DNA of 57,494 nt, from NCBI GenBank assembly GCA_944322625.1, contig CALUPN010000001.1, forward strand, positions 1-57,494. Direction: 5' to 3'. The number at the start of each line of letters is the position of its first letter. The first letter of the stretch is position 1. The notes under the pieces are model-generated. The model saw only the letters and a list, made by a program, of their open reading frames with translations. It was not told the origin of the DNA and searched no databases. This DNA comes from Candidatus Gastranaerophilales bacterium. GTDB lineage: Bacteria > Cyanobacteriota > Vampirovibrionia > Gastranaerophilales > Gastranaerophilaceae. This document shows, piece after piece, positions 19,843 to 29,168 of this stretch. A program made the translations under genes and the position numbers.

Positions 19843-21607
19843 ATTGGCAACATTATTACAAAGAGCAAACTTTAATGGGAGAAACGGTTCTTATTTCTTC
19901 CTAGATTTGTATTATGATTTATTAAGTCAAAACCAAACAGCCAATACATCTAGTGTTAGATATTACGCATATGTTGGTTCAACAGGTGGATATAGTGGTA
20001 GTGGTTCGTCAAGTGCGGTATATATTAATGGAACAGTAGTTGGACACTTTTCTTCAATCGGTCGTGGAAGTAACACATTAATCGGTACATTGGACGTAAC
20101 AATAAACCATGATACAAATGGTAATGGTACGGCAAGTTATTCTGCTAGTGCGAATACAAACTGGACATTGGGCAGTGCTTCATTAAGTGGTAGTTTTACT
20201 TTACCTAGAATAGCAAGAGCAGATAACATTACAAGTCCTATGGTATATACAATAGGTGCTACACATACTATTAGAATCACGCAAAATTCAACGTCGTTTA
20301 CTCATACTGTAAGATATACATTCGGTTCTTTAAACGGAACGATTGCGAGTAACGTAAAAGATAGTTGTACGTGGTTTGTTCCAACAACATTCTATAATGA
20401 ATTTACAAGTGGTTCATCAAAAACAGGTACTTTATATTGTGATACTTATTCAGGAAGTACCTTGTTAGGAACAACATCTATAACGGCAACATTTATTCCA
20501 AATAGTACAACGGCGAAACCAACAGTATCGTTCAATTATACAAGTGATTCTTTATCACAAACATTAACTGGAAATACAAAGGGAATTATTGGTGGCCGTA
20601 GTTCTATCAATTATACAATTACTGGTACACCAAAACATAATGCGACAATAGCAAAATATTATTTATCAAATTCTTCTTCTAACTTACCAGAAGTAAGTAG
20701 AACAGGAACATTAAATAATGTTTCTGGTAATAAATATTATACAAGAGTACAAGATAGTCGTGGATTAAATAGTGATACTTTGACGATAACATTAAGTCCA
20801 TATGTAAGTTACGTTCAACTTGCTATCACCAGTTGTACATTTGAACGTGAAAATGATTTATCAAATAAAGTATATCTGTCATTAAAAGGAAATTATTTTA
20901 ATAATAATTTTGGTGCTACGGATAATGAACTTACTCTTAAACTTTTTTATAGAAAACAAGGCGAATCTAGTTGGGGAGATGCCATTGACATAACATCTTA
21001 TGCCGCGATTAGTGAAAATACATTCTCAATCACAAATCAATTGATTGGTTCTAATTTTTCATATGAAGAATCATATGAGTTCCGTGTTGTTGCTAAGGAT
21101 AAAGTAATAACAGATGATAGTGTTTCTTCAAATAGAACTGTTACAGAAGGTATTGCATTATTCGATATTGGTAAAAACGATGTATTGTTCAAAGGAATAA
21201 AATTGTTAGATTATATCGATTCAAAAATTAAGATGAATGTTGATTTAATGTATCCAGTAGGAAGTATTTATTTGAGTACAAATTCAACTAATCCCAGTGA
21301 ATATTTTGGCGGAGAATGGGAACAATGGGGTAAAGGTAGAGTACCTGTTGGAATTGATACAAGTGATTCCGATTTCAATACTGTTGAAAAAGCAGGTGGT
21401 AATAAAAGTTATGACCATATTGTTGTAACTGCGTTTAGGACAGATGGATATACACAATACGGATTAGACAACGTTGGCGCATACGCAGATAGAACTATAG
21501 TTTATGATGGAACTGGTATAAACACAAATCAACATACTGAAACACGATTACCAATACCAACTATCCAACCATACATAACTTGTTATATGTGGAAACGAAC
21601 GGCATGA
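19835..21607 (+). CDS. Siphovirus tail protein (DUF859-like) with C-terminal YPVGSIY baseplate/collar-like domain
   Basis: LPRIARA, YPVGSIYLS...IQPYITCYMWKRTA. Confidence 0.75.
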   Translation: MVRLATLLQRANFNGRNGSYFFLDLYYDLLSQNQTANTSSVRYYAYVGSTGGYSGSGSSSAVYINGTVVGHFSSIGRGSNTLIGTLDVTINHDTNGNGTASYSASANTNWTLGSASLSGSFTLPRIARADNITSPMVYTIGATHTIRITQNSTSFTHTVRYTFGSLNGTIASNVKDSCTWFVPTTFYNEFTSGSSKTGTLYCDTYSGSTLLGTTSITATFIPNSTTAKPTVSFNYTSDSLSQTLTGNTKGIIGGRSSINYTITGTPKHNATIAKYYLSNSSSNLPEVSRTGTLNNVSGNKYYTRVQDSRGLNSDTLTITLSPYVSYVQLAITSCTFERENDLSNKVYLSLKGNYFNNNFGATDNELTLKLFYRKQGESSWGDAIDITSYAAISENTFSITNQLIGSNFSYEESYEFRVVAKDKVITDDSVSSNRTVTEGIALFDIGKNDVLFKGIKLLDYIDSKIKMNVDLMYPVGSIYLSTNSTNPSEYFGGEWEQWGKGRVPVGIDTSDSDFNTVEKAGGNKSYDHIVVTAFRTDGYTQYGLDNVGAYADRTIVYDGTGINTNQHTETRLPIPTIQPYITCYMWKRTA

Positions 21608-21660
21608 TTTTACCTATTTTAGATATCATGATATAATTATAATAAAAGGTCGGTGATACT

Positions 21661-22002
21661 ATGAATATGACGCGTGGCGACACTTACGAATTCAAATTTC
21701 AAAGGAAAAATCAAAATAAAGAAGTCATAACAGAAAAACCAGATAAAATGTATTTTACAGTAAAAGAGAATGATGAAATGGAAGATTTCATACTTCAAAA
21801 AAGATTGGATGACAATACAATTTCGTATGACGAAGAAACACATTATTATCATATTACAATTGAACCAAAAGATACATCCGGATGGCAGTATGGTACATAT
21901 TATTATGATATCGAAGTGATAACAAACAACAAAACCAAAACAATCAAAAAAGGAACCTTATCAATAACGAGTGAAATAACATTTGAATCAAACGAGGTAT
22001 AA
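21661..22002 (+). CDS. BppU-N-like baseplate protein
   Basis: MTRGDT...GTYYYDIEV. Confidence 0.6.
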   Translation: MNMTRGDTYEFKFQRKNQNKEVITEKPDKMYFTVKENDEMEDFILQKRLDDNTISYDEETHYYHITIEPKDTSGWQYGTYYYDIEVITNNKTKTIKKGTLSITSEITFESNEV

Positions 22003-22003
22003 C

Positions 22004-22261
22004 ATGGATGAATTTGTAACGTTTGAAAATGATTGTGATGAACTTGTTGTTATTGAGGATGATTCAACCGAAATTGTAACATTGGAAGAAAATACAGGTG
22101 GCACAAATAATTATGAGTATTTAATAAATCAACCAAAAATAAACGATGTTACATTGATTGGCAACAAGACATCAAGTGATTTAAAATTACAAGACGAAAT
22201 GGAAGCATTGTCAAACATGGACATTGAAAATTTATTGAATAATCAAAGGAGGAGTAAATAA
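22004..22261 (+). CDS. Tail-fibre-associated protein
   Basis: YEYLINQPKINDVTLIGNKT motif; GAGGT RBS before ATG 22004. Confidence 0.6.
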   Translation: MDEFVTFENDCDELVVIEDDSTEIVTLEENTGGTNNYEYLINQPKINDVTLIGNKTSSDLKLQDEMEALSNMDIENLLNNQRRSK

Positions 22262-22962
22262 TGGCAAAATATTTAGATGAGAATGGGCTATTATATTATA
22301 ATCAAAAACTAGATACAAAATTTAATAATAAGGTCGACAAAGAAGAAGGAAAAGGACTTAGTGAAAAGAACTTTACTTCTACTTATGAACAAAAATTGAA
22401 AAGTTTAGAAAATTATGAATTACCAACGGCTAGTACTGATACACTAGGTGGCGTTAAAGTAGGTGCAGGTCTTGCGATAAATGGTAGTGGTGTACTTAGT
22501 GCCACTGGTGGTGGAACAGCAGATGCGGTTGATTGGGCTAATGTTCAAAGCAAACCCACAACAGTAGCAGGATATGGAATCACAGACGCAAAAATTGAAG
22601 GTCAAGTTGTAACATTAGGTTCTAATTCTGTTACTGTACCAACAAACAATAATCAATTAACAAATGGTGCCGGATATCAAACGGCTAGTGATGTTTCTAG
22701 TGCGATATCAAGTGCTTTAGCAGATGTTACTGGCATTGAATATCAAATTGTAGAAGACTTACCACCAACTGGTGAAAAAGGTGTTATTTATTTGATATCA
22801 AACGACGGAACCGGAAATAACGTTTACGATGAATATATTTGGACTGGAACAGCATTTGAGAAAATTGGTACAACAGCAGTGGACTTAAGTAATTATTGGA
22901 GTAAAACAGATTTAACGGCGATTCAAAATGGTGACATTGATTCAATCATGAGTGGTGCATAG
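22261..22962 (+). CDS. Fibre protein
   Basis: KVDKEEGKGLS, LPTAS..TLGGVKVG, EYIW...FEKIG motifs. Confidence 0.7.
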   Translation: MAKYLDENGLLYYNQKLDTKFNNKVDKEEGKGLSEKNFTSTYEQKLKSLENYELPTASTDTLGGVKVGAGLAINGSGVLSATGGGTADAVDWANVQSKPTTVAGYGITDAKIEGQVVTLGSNSVTVPTNNNQLTNGAGYQTASDVSSAISSALADVTGIEYQIVEDLPPTGEKGVIYLISNDGTGNNVYDEYIWTGTAFEKIGTTAVDLSNYWSKTDLTAIQNGDIDSIMSGA

Positions 22963-22963
22963 T

Positions 22964-23257
22964 ATGGAAGTATTGGATAAGAACGGACTAGAACATTTTT
23001 GGGATAAGGCGAAAGAGTATGTAGATAGTAACAAAACAACAAGTTATTCTCCTTTAACAGATAAACCGAAAATAAACAATGTGGAATTATCGGGAAACAA
23101 AACACTTATTGATATTGGAGTACAACAAACAGTAATTAGTGAAACAGAGCCGACAGATTCTAGTGTGCAAGTATGGATAAATCCTAGTGGCGACGCCGTA
23201 ACAGTTCCAACATTCTCATACGATAGTGAAACACAAACGTTGACGATAACGGGGTGA
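22964..23257 (+). CDS. Fibre-associated protein
   Basis: LDKNGLEHFW and KPKINNVELSGNKT motifs. Confidence 0.65.
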   Translation: MEVLDKNGLEHFWDKAKEYVDSNKTTSYSPLTDKPKINNVELSGNKTLIDIGVQQTVISETEPTDSSVQVWINPSGDAVTVPTFSYDSETQTLTITG

Positions 23258-23261
23258 TAGT

Positions 23262-23921
23262 ATGTCTTTGATATTTAATGGAAACGAGCCAAAAAATATA
23301 ACGTACAATGGAAATGATGTTAAGAAAGTCATTTACAATGGCGATGTGGTTTGGGAAAAAAATATAGATAATGTTCCTCCCACAATAGAAATTTTACCTA
23401 CTTCTTTGGGTTCGCAAGGATATTATAGATTATTAAATTTAAAAATAACTGATAATACAAATATCGATTCCATAAAAATAAACAATCAAATTTTAAGTAA
23501 AACTGGTAATTCCATAGAAATATTAGACGGTATTGATTTTAATTTTGAAGATGGAAACGTAATTATAGAGGTAACTGATTCATCGGGCAATAAAAGTACT
23601 AAAACCGTCATTGTTGATAAGACGGCTCCAATTATTGATTTAAGTAATATACCAAACACTTTTGAAGTTGGTGTTGATATTTATACTTACCCAGAACCAG
23701 GTATTGCAACTGATAACCTTGATAATGCCGTTTCGTTCGCAAGTGTAAATATGGGGTGGTTCAAGAAAAATCCAAACGGTACAATAGGCGAACAAGTTCC
23801 ACCTTTTGAATGGAATACAACACTGTCAAACAGAGAATTGGGTGATTATATTATCACTTACAATATTAGTGATAAGGCAGGAAATGTTGGATATAACCAA
23901 AGGACAATTACTTTATATTAG
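23262..23921 (+). CDS. Ig-like domain virion protein
   Basis: VDKTAP, ATDNLD, YNISDKAGN. Confidence 0.7.
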   Translation: MSLIFNGNEPKNITYNGNDVKKVIYNGDVVWEKNIDNVPPTIEILPTSLGSQGYYRLLNLKITDNTNIDSIKINNQILSKTGNSIEILDGIDFNFEDGNVIIEVTDSSGNKSTKTVIVDKTAPIIDLSNIPNTFEVGVDIYTYPEPGIATDNLDNAVSFASVNMGWFKKNPNGTIGEQVPPFEWNTTLSNRELGDYIITYNISDKAGNVGYNQRTITLY

Positions 23922-23934
23922 AGGAGGTGCAAAT

Positions 23935-24471
23935 ATGTCAGTAATAAAAATTAGAAACGAACTGGGACAATTCGTAGATATCCCAGCATTACAAGGAGAA
24001 AAAGGTGATAAAGGAGACAAAGGAGATACTGGAGCAACGGGGGCTACTGGTGCTAACGGTCAAGATGGACAAGACGGTGTAAGTATTACAAGTGCAACAA
24101 CTGGTAGTTCTTATCAAAGTGGAACAAATACAGTAACTCCGATTACATTCAATAAATCTGATGGTTCAAACGTAACGGTAAACGTACAAGCAAAGAATGG
24201 CGTTGATGGACAAGATGGTTCACAAGGACCAAAAGGAGAAACTGGTGCAATTGGACCACAAGGACCGCAAGGCGAAAAGGGTGAAAAAGGTGATACTGGT
24301 AATATAGGACCACAAGGACCAAAAGGAGAACAAGGCCCTCAAGGAGAAAGAGGCCCACAAGGACCATCTGGAGCAAACGGCACAAGTGTTACAGTAGTTC
24401 AAGCAACCGATGAAAACAATGCCATTTCACTAAGTAAACAACATCCAAACAACATTTACTATTGGGAGTGA
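23935..24471 (+). CDS. Collagen-repeat tail fibre protein
   Basis: G-X-Y runs; GAGGAGG RBS before ATG 23935. Confidence 0.8.
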   Translation: MSVIKIRNELGQFVDIPALQGEKGDKGDKGDTGATGATGANGQDGQDGVSITSATTGSSYQSGTNTVTPITFNKSDGSNVTVNVQAKNGVDGQDGSQGPKGETGAIGPQGPQGEKGEKGDTGNIGPQGPKGEQGPQGERGPQGPSGANGTSVTVVQATDENNAISLSKQHPNNIYYWE

Positions 24472-24475
24472 TAAC

Positions 24476-25312
24476 ATGGGAACAGTAACGAATGGTAAAA
24501 AATGGGTCGGTGCTTGCGTAAACGGTAAAACTGTTAGTGGGCTTGCCAAAAATGGTGTTGTTTTTTACCGAATGCCAGTTAGTACGTATAGACGTAGGAT
24601 AATGGTTGGAGATAATTTATCTAACAGAACAATATTTCAAGATTTTCCAGATGGATTTTATAAAAGCGGTATGTCAGATGGTGAACAATTCAACTTGATT
24701 GAATCAAACAATATTAATATTTATGAATATTATAATGGTGGTAGTTATAATGTATATTGTGGAAATCGAACGAATTCAAATTTACTTTATAGGTATGATT
24801 TAGTGTTTGGAAGAACAATGACAAAAAAAGACGTAACTACTGGTACTTATTTAAATGCTACCGTTACTGAAGTAAATGAGAATAAAACATATCGTCATTT
24901 ATTTATAGAAGATGAAAATATTCGCCCGTTGAAAGTTGGAGATATTATAACTGATAACACAGTGTTTTATTTCACATTTCCGGATGATTTTCATGTCGAT
25001 ATACAAAGTATGACAGATGAAAACAGGGACAAAAATTTTATTGAATTGGATGACGGTTCCGATTATGTGTTGGCTTATGTTGTTGACGAATACCGTGTTG
25101 ATTTTTTTACAAATAATTTTTCAGCACAGGACTATGGAGTATGCTATGCGTATGATAGAAACACAGGTATAAGAATAAATTTAAGTTCTAAACTTGCGAA
25201 AGATATAACTGATCCTTGGGGAAACCCATTCACTGGAACTGTAACAATGGTTGATAAAAACAATGAAGCATATCAACATATTCTCGTCGACGCAACCACC
25301 CTAGGAGCATAA
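24476..25312 (+). CDS. Putative receptor-binding/fibre-tip protein with duplicated domain
   Basis: Two internal repeats (VGD..FPD.F...TVT.V...Y.H). Confidence 0.55.
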   Translation: MGTVTNGKKWVGACVNGKTVSGLAKNGVVFYRMPVSTYRRRIMVGDNLSNRTIFQDFPDGFYKSGMSDGEQFNLIESNNINIYEYYNGGSYNVYCGNRTNSNLLYRYDLVFGRTMTKKDVTTGTYLNATVTEVNENKTYRHLFIEDENIRPLKVGDIITDNTVFYFTFPDDFHVDIQSMTDENRDKNFIELDDGSDYVLAYVVDEYRVDFFTNNFSAQDYGVCYAYDRNTGIRINLSSKLAKDITDPWGNPFTGTVTMVDKNNEAYQHILVDATTLGA

Positions 25313-25435
25313 ATGAAGAAATTACTTTGGCTTTGGAAACGGTTTTGGGGAACGAAGTATTACATAGAATACGATGATCATCTTAAAGAAAATGAAGTAC
25401 TCGTCTACGGACACAAAATTTATATAAAACGATAA
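25313..25435 (+). CDS. 40-aa hypothetical protein
   Basis: AGGAG RBS; manual translation MKKLLWLWKRFW. Confidence 0.5.
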   Translation: MKKLLWLWKRFWGTKYYIEYDDHLKENEVLVYGHKIYIKR

Positions 25436-25448
25436 AGGAGATAAATAC

Positions 25449-26054
25449 ATGAATTTTTACACAATAGCACAGGAAATAGGTATCGCCGTAGCAGGAATAA
25501 TCATAGCCTTAATTACTTGCAAGCAATACCTTAACAAATATTTTAAAAAAACTGACGTGGCAAAATTACTACCAAAACAGAATAAGATGGACGTTGGTGT
25601 AGTCGAACAATTGGAATCAGTAAAAGAAATACTGAATGCCGATAGAATACACATTTACGAATTCCATAATGGCGAACATGGTTCCAACAATAGACCACTC
25701 TATCGTTTCTCATGTACATACGAGGTATGTAAAGCGGGTAATAAACCGGTTCAACAACAATGCCTAAACTTACCAACCAATTGTATGCCCAAATTCGTAC
25801 AAGAAATCATGGACAACGGAAAATTCGTTTGCACTGACTTGGAAACATTAAAAGATACAATGCCTAGCACTTATAACTTCAAAAAGAGTATAAAAGTTGG
25901 AGCATTTTACGATATAGCAATTAAGAATAAAGAAGATGAAATCATCGGTTTTATTGCAATTCATTGGTTCAAAAAAGAAAATTTTAAAACAGACAATCAA
26001 GTCATAGATAAACTTGTTTGGTACGTAAGTGAACATTTACAAAATTCAAAGTAA
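25449..26054 (+). CDS. N-terminal TM + GAF-like domain protein in the lysis cassette
   Basis: LNADRIHIYEFHNG...IIGFIAI; adjacent to holin. Confidence 0.6.
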   Translation: MNFYTIAQEIGIAVAGIIIALITCKQYLNKYFKKTDVAKLLPKQNKMDVGVVEQLESVKEILNADRIHIYEFHNGEHGSNNRPLYRFSCTYEVCKAGNKPVQQQCLNLPTNCMPKFVQEIMDNGKFVCTDLETLKDTMPSTYNFKKSIKVGAFYDIAIKNKEDEIIGFIAIHWFKKENFKTDNQVIDKLVWYVSEHLQNSK

Positions 26055-26066
26055 AGGAGATAAATT

Positions 26067-26279
26067 ATGAAAGAGAAAATTACAAAATTAATCGATTTAA
26101 AATCTATTATAACAATTCTAATGGCAATCACATTAGTAGTTGGCTTTTTCACGAATCGAATCGAAGCAGACGTTTTTATCCCGTTTGCAACGATGACATT
26201 CACGTTCTATTTTACAAAAAAGAACCCAAATGAAACGACAAGCAATGCGGTTGAAAGTGAGGTAACAAAAAATGAATAA
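26067..26279 (+). CDS. Holin
   Basis: 70 aa, two TM segments, precedes endolysin. Confidence 0.75.
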   Translation: MKEKITKLIDLKSIITILMAITLVVGFFTNRIEADVFIPFATMTFTFYFTKKNPNETTSNAVESEVTKNE

Positions 26280-27069
26280 ATTTTATTTTGGCATGGAAAC
26301 AATGCGAATCACACAAAATTATAACGGAACGGCTAGCCATTATAATCATTCTCATGGTACACCAGTTGATTATCCAATTGATTGCGCAGGTGTAGATGGC
26401 AAGCAGAGTGCTTATTTTGCTCCGGTTGACATGAAAGTGGTTGCTATCCGTGGAGTAGGTAACTACGCAACCAATACAATATGGCTAGAAACAACAGAAA
26501 CGGTTCAAACACCGACGTTTAACGATATTGTATGGCTAACACTAACACATTGGAATGACGGCTCTATCACGTCTAAATTTAAGTCTGGCGACATAATCAA
26601 AGCAGGTGAAATTATCGCTTATGAAGGAACCGACGGAGCAACCGCAAATCACTTACATGTGACATGTGGCCGTGGTCATTGTAACTCATGGACAGAAAAT
26701 ACAAAAGGTTCATGGGTAATGAGTGGTACATCACTTCCACCAGAAGATGTTATGTATATTAATGACGATTTCACAAAATGCGTAGATTCTGGTGGACTGG
26801 TTTTCAAAAGTATGCCTAAAAACGACACAAACACGTCAAATTCTAACGAAAACACATCAGGACAGTCAAACACTAAGACCAAACGAGTTGGTGTCACAAA
26901 CGGGCTTTATTTGATGAAATTAGACAACAGTGCAAAAATTACACTTATGCCACATAACGCTACTGTAAAGATTCTTCAAGAGAATTATACAACCGCAAAA
27001 GGTTATGCTATGGATAAAGTTGAATACAACGGAACAGTTGGTATGTGTGCAAATAAATATTTAAAATAG
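26272..27069 (+). CDS. Endolysin: M23 peptidase with C-terminal SH3b-like domain
   Basis: H...PID and HLH zinc ligands; linker; YNGTVGM..NKYL end. Confidence 0.8.
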   Translation: MNKFYFGMETMRITQNYNGTASHYNHSHGTPVDYPIDCAGVDGKQSAYFAPVDMKVVAIRGVGNYATNTIWLETTETVQTPTFNDIVWLTLTHWNDGSITSKFKSGDIIKAGEIIAYEGTDGATANHLHVTCGRGHCNSWTENTKGSWVMSGTSLPPEDVMYINDDFTKCVDSGGLVFKSMPKNDTNTSNSNENTSGQSNTKTKRVGVTNGLYLMKLDNSAKITLMPHNATVKILQENYTTAKGYAMDKVEYNGTVGMCANKYLK

Positions 27070-27090
27070 TTAGGGAAACCTAACTTTTTT
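27068..27090 (+). terminator. Intrinsic terminator of the late operon
   Basis: AGTTAGG-GAAA-CCTAACT plus T run. Confidence 0.8.
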
Positions 27091-27145
27091 ATTTGTTTTA
27101 CTTTTTACCGATTTCGTGCTATCATAATTCGCAAGGAGTGAGATA

Positions 27146-28369
27146 ATGAAAAAAGATTTGGATAAGATTTTATCCAGTACATTGAAAACATATTTTATCA
27201 TTTTAATTGGAATTGTCGTTGTAAAATTATTCGGATTCGATTACTTTGGATTAGACACTAGCAACGAAATAATCATCATGATAGATAATTTTATAAAAAC
27301 GTTCCATTTGAAATTAGTATGGTATGCTATTACATTATATATTTACCAATACGTGATATTCAGTATTACTTGTGTTGATAACAGTAAAGCAATGAAATTA
27401 TACACACTATACACGTTACCAATAGCAATTACCATACAATTGTTAAAAACACAAATTAATGCACCATATTTATTTGCAATTATTGATTTATTATGGTTAT
27501 TTATGTTTTCTATATTGTATATTAAAATGGTAAAAAGAAATAAAATTGAAAAGTATAACGTAAGTAATTATTGGATATATTGTGTAGTCAATATGATATT
27601 TCAATTACTAAGTATGTTTATTAGAAACATAGATATGTCTGTGGATTATAATAACTTTATAATGTCGTTTGTTGGTAATATTGATTATATAATATTATCC
27701 ATTATGTTTTACACTTACTTTTATTTAAAAGGAGGTAAGTCATTATGGGATGGGGTAGTTTCTTCTTTTTCGCACCTACGGACTTTATTAAGAACTTTGC
27801 CAACAAAGTTGCAAAAGTTTTATCTAAATAATAAAGCCAAAAGTAGATTCGATAAGATTTCGGACTGTATTTACATTCCATTGTTCTTACTTTGGAATGT
27901 TTTTACTTTATTAGTAATCTTATTCGTAGCAACGTTAAATCATACTTTTGTTGAATGTATTATCATCGCCACTAGTTTTTGGATAAACAAGAAAACATTT
28001 GGCAAGCCATTCCACATGAAAACAGCACTTAGTTGTTTTATGGTTTCCAATCTTACATATTATTGTTTGAATAGAATCACGATTCCGAATGGAATATCGT
28101 TAATAGTCTCCGTTTCACTTGGTATCGCATTATGTTACATGACAAGCAAATTTGTAAAGAGCAAGAAGTTATACCGTGGTATGTCAATCGAGGAATACGA
28201 CAAAGTTGTATTACCTTCATATTCTATAAACAGTATCTACTATGAAATTGGTAAATTGTTTTATGTAGACCGTTATAGCGAACAATGGATTGCAAACAAG
28301 TTATCCTATTCTATCCCTAGCATTCAAAAGAAAAAGTATGAGTTGAAAAACAAAGTGAAAGGACAATAA
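27146..28369 (+). CDS. Polytopic membrane protein with AgrB-like peptidase domain and C-terminal HTH
   Basis: FGKPFHMKTALSC has the AgrB His-x6-Cys dyad spacing; YSEQWIANKLSYSIPSI HTH. Confidence 0.7.
   Translation: MKKDLDKILSSTLKTYFIILIGIVVVKLFGFDYFGLDTSNEIIIMIDNFIKTFHLKLVWYAITLYIYQYVIFSITCVDNSKAMKLYTLYTLPIAITIQLLKTQINAPYLFAIIDLLWLFMFSILYIKMVKRNKIEKYNVSNYWIYCVVNMIFQLLSMFIRNIDMSVDYNNFIMSFVGNIDYIILSIMFYTYFYLKGGKSLWDGVVSSFSHLRTLLRTLPTKLQKFYLNNKAKSRFDKISDCIYIPLFLLWNVFTLLVILFVATLNHTFVECIIIATSFWINKKTFGKPFHMKTALSCFMVSNLTYYCLNRITIPNGISLIVSVSLGIALCYMTSKFVKSKKLYRGMSIEEYDKVVLPSYSINSIYYEIGKLFYVDRYSEQWIANKLSYSIPSIQKKKYELKNKVKGQ
27745..27831 (+). CDS. Nested 28-aa AgrD-like peptide MGWGSFFFFAPTDFIKNFANKVAKVLSK
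   Basis: Perfect AAGGAGGT RBS 8 nt upstream; alternative frame inside the AgrB-like gene. Confidence 0.6.
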   Translation: MGWGSFFFFAPTDFIKNFANKVAKVLSK

Positions 28370-28436
28370 AGTCCTTTTTATTATGCTTTTTTATGTTTTA
28401 TTTTAGATAAAATTATATTAGAAATGAGGTAAATTT

Positions 28437-28679
28437 ATGTTAGATAAGAAAACGTATCTTGCGATGAAACGCGAGATTAAATGTGTTTGTCGCAAAAACC
28501 TAAAGGAATTATGCGAAATTATGGAATTTGATGACTTTGAAAAGGAACTACTTTTCAAGTTTTATGATGGCGACACCGTACAAAAGATTTGCATGGATTT
28601 ATGTATATCGGCTATGACGTACAATAGATATATGCACAAAATATTATCCAAAATATACAATTATAAAAACACCCATTAG
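28437..28679 (+). CDS. Sigma-region-4/LuxR-type HTH regulator
   Basis: GDTVQKICMDLCISAMTYNR. Confidence 0.7.
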   Translation: MLDKKTYLAMKREIKCVCRKNLKELCEIMEFDDFEKELLFKFYDGDTVQKICMDLCISAMTYNRYMHKILSKIYNYKNTH

Positions 28680-28695
28680 GGTGTTATTTTTATTT

Positions 28696-28772
28696 TGGAG
28701 CACCATACCCGAATTGCACGAGTGTCTATTTGATTTGCAGTCAAATCGGCTTCGCTTCTTGCCTAATGGTGC
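28696..28772 (-). tRNA. tRNA-Cys(GCA)
   Basis: Reverse strand acceptor GCACCAT/ATGGTGC, arm TTTGA-CTGCAAA-TCAAA, CCA; atypical T loop TGCAATT. Confidence 0.85.
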
Positions 28773-28811
28773 ATATTTAAGGGAAGTAATCCCCTTATAG
28801 TTTATCACATT

Positions 28812-29168
28812 TCATTTCACTATCCAAGCATTTTCGGCAATTTTATCACGAGGATCAAAACTGTCATATATTACACCATACTTTGAACAAGTTATATGGC
28901 CATTCATTGTTATTAGTAATATGTTGTCTGGATAATCTTCTGCTACTTCCCCCACTGTTTCGGATAAGTATGGAACTTCTTCGTACTTGGTTGATAAATA
29001 TCTATTTATAAAATTTCTATCATCCATCATAGTACCTTCAAATTGTGCGATGTCGCTAAGGTGTTCATAAACGTCATCCCAACTCTTTCCAGTTGCCATG
29101 GAAATTGACCTTACGGTACAATCGTTCTCAAACAATCCTCTAGCATTTGCATTGTAAAATCTATACAT
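28812..29168 (-). CDS. Conserved phage protein (DC.VR...GH...DS.D; possible Cys-His-Asp peptidase fold)
   Basis: NDCTVRSIS, GHIT, YDSFD motifs. Confidence 0.6.
   Translation of the reverse strand: MYRFYNANARGLFENDCTVRSISMATGKSWDDVYEHLSDIAQFEGTMMDDRNFINRYLSTKYEEVPYLSETVGEVAEDYPDNILLITMNGHITCSKYGVIYDSFDPRDKIAENAWIVK

Noticed and set aside
19835-25312. Diversity-generating retroelement acting on tail genes
   Set aside because: No reverse transcriptase and no TR/VR pair noticed.
5039-26897. Many minus-strand ORFs across the structural region (and plus-strand ORFs across 32770-57088 other than terS)
   Set aside because: Antisense shadows of well-supported genes, without RBS or motifs.
28376-28420. 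TTTTATGTTT shared with the Cys-module upstream region (~32619-32628) as an operator
   Set aside because: Low-complexity AT-rich match, likely by chance without conservation data.
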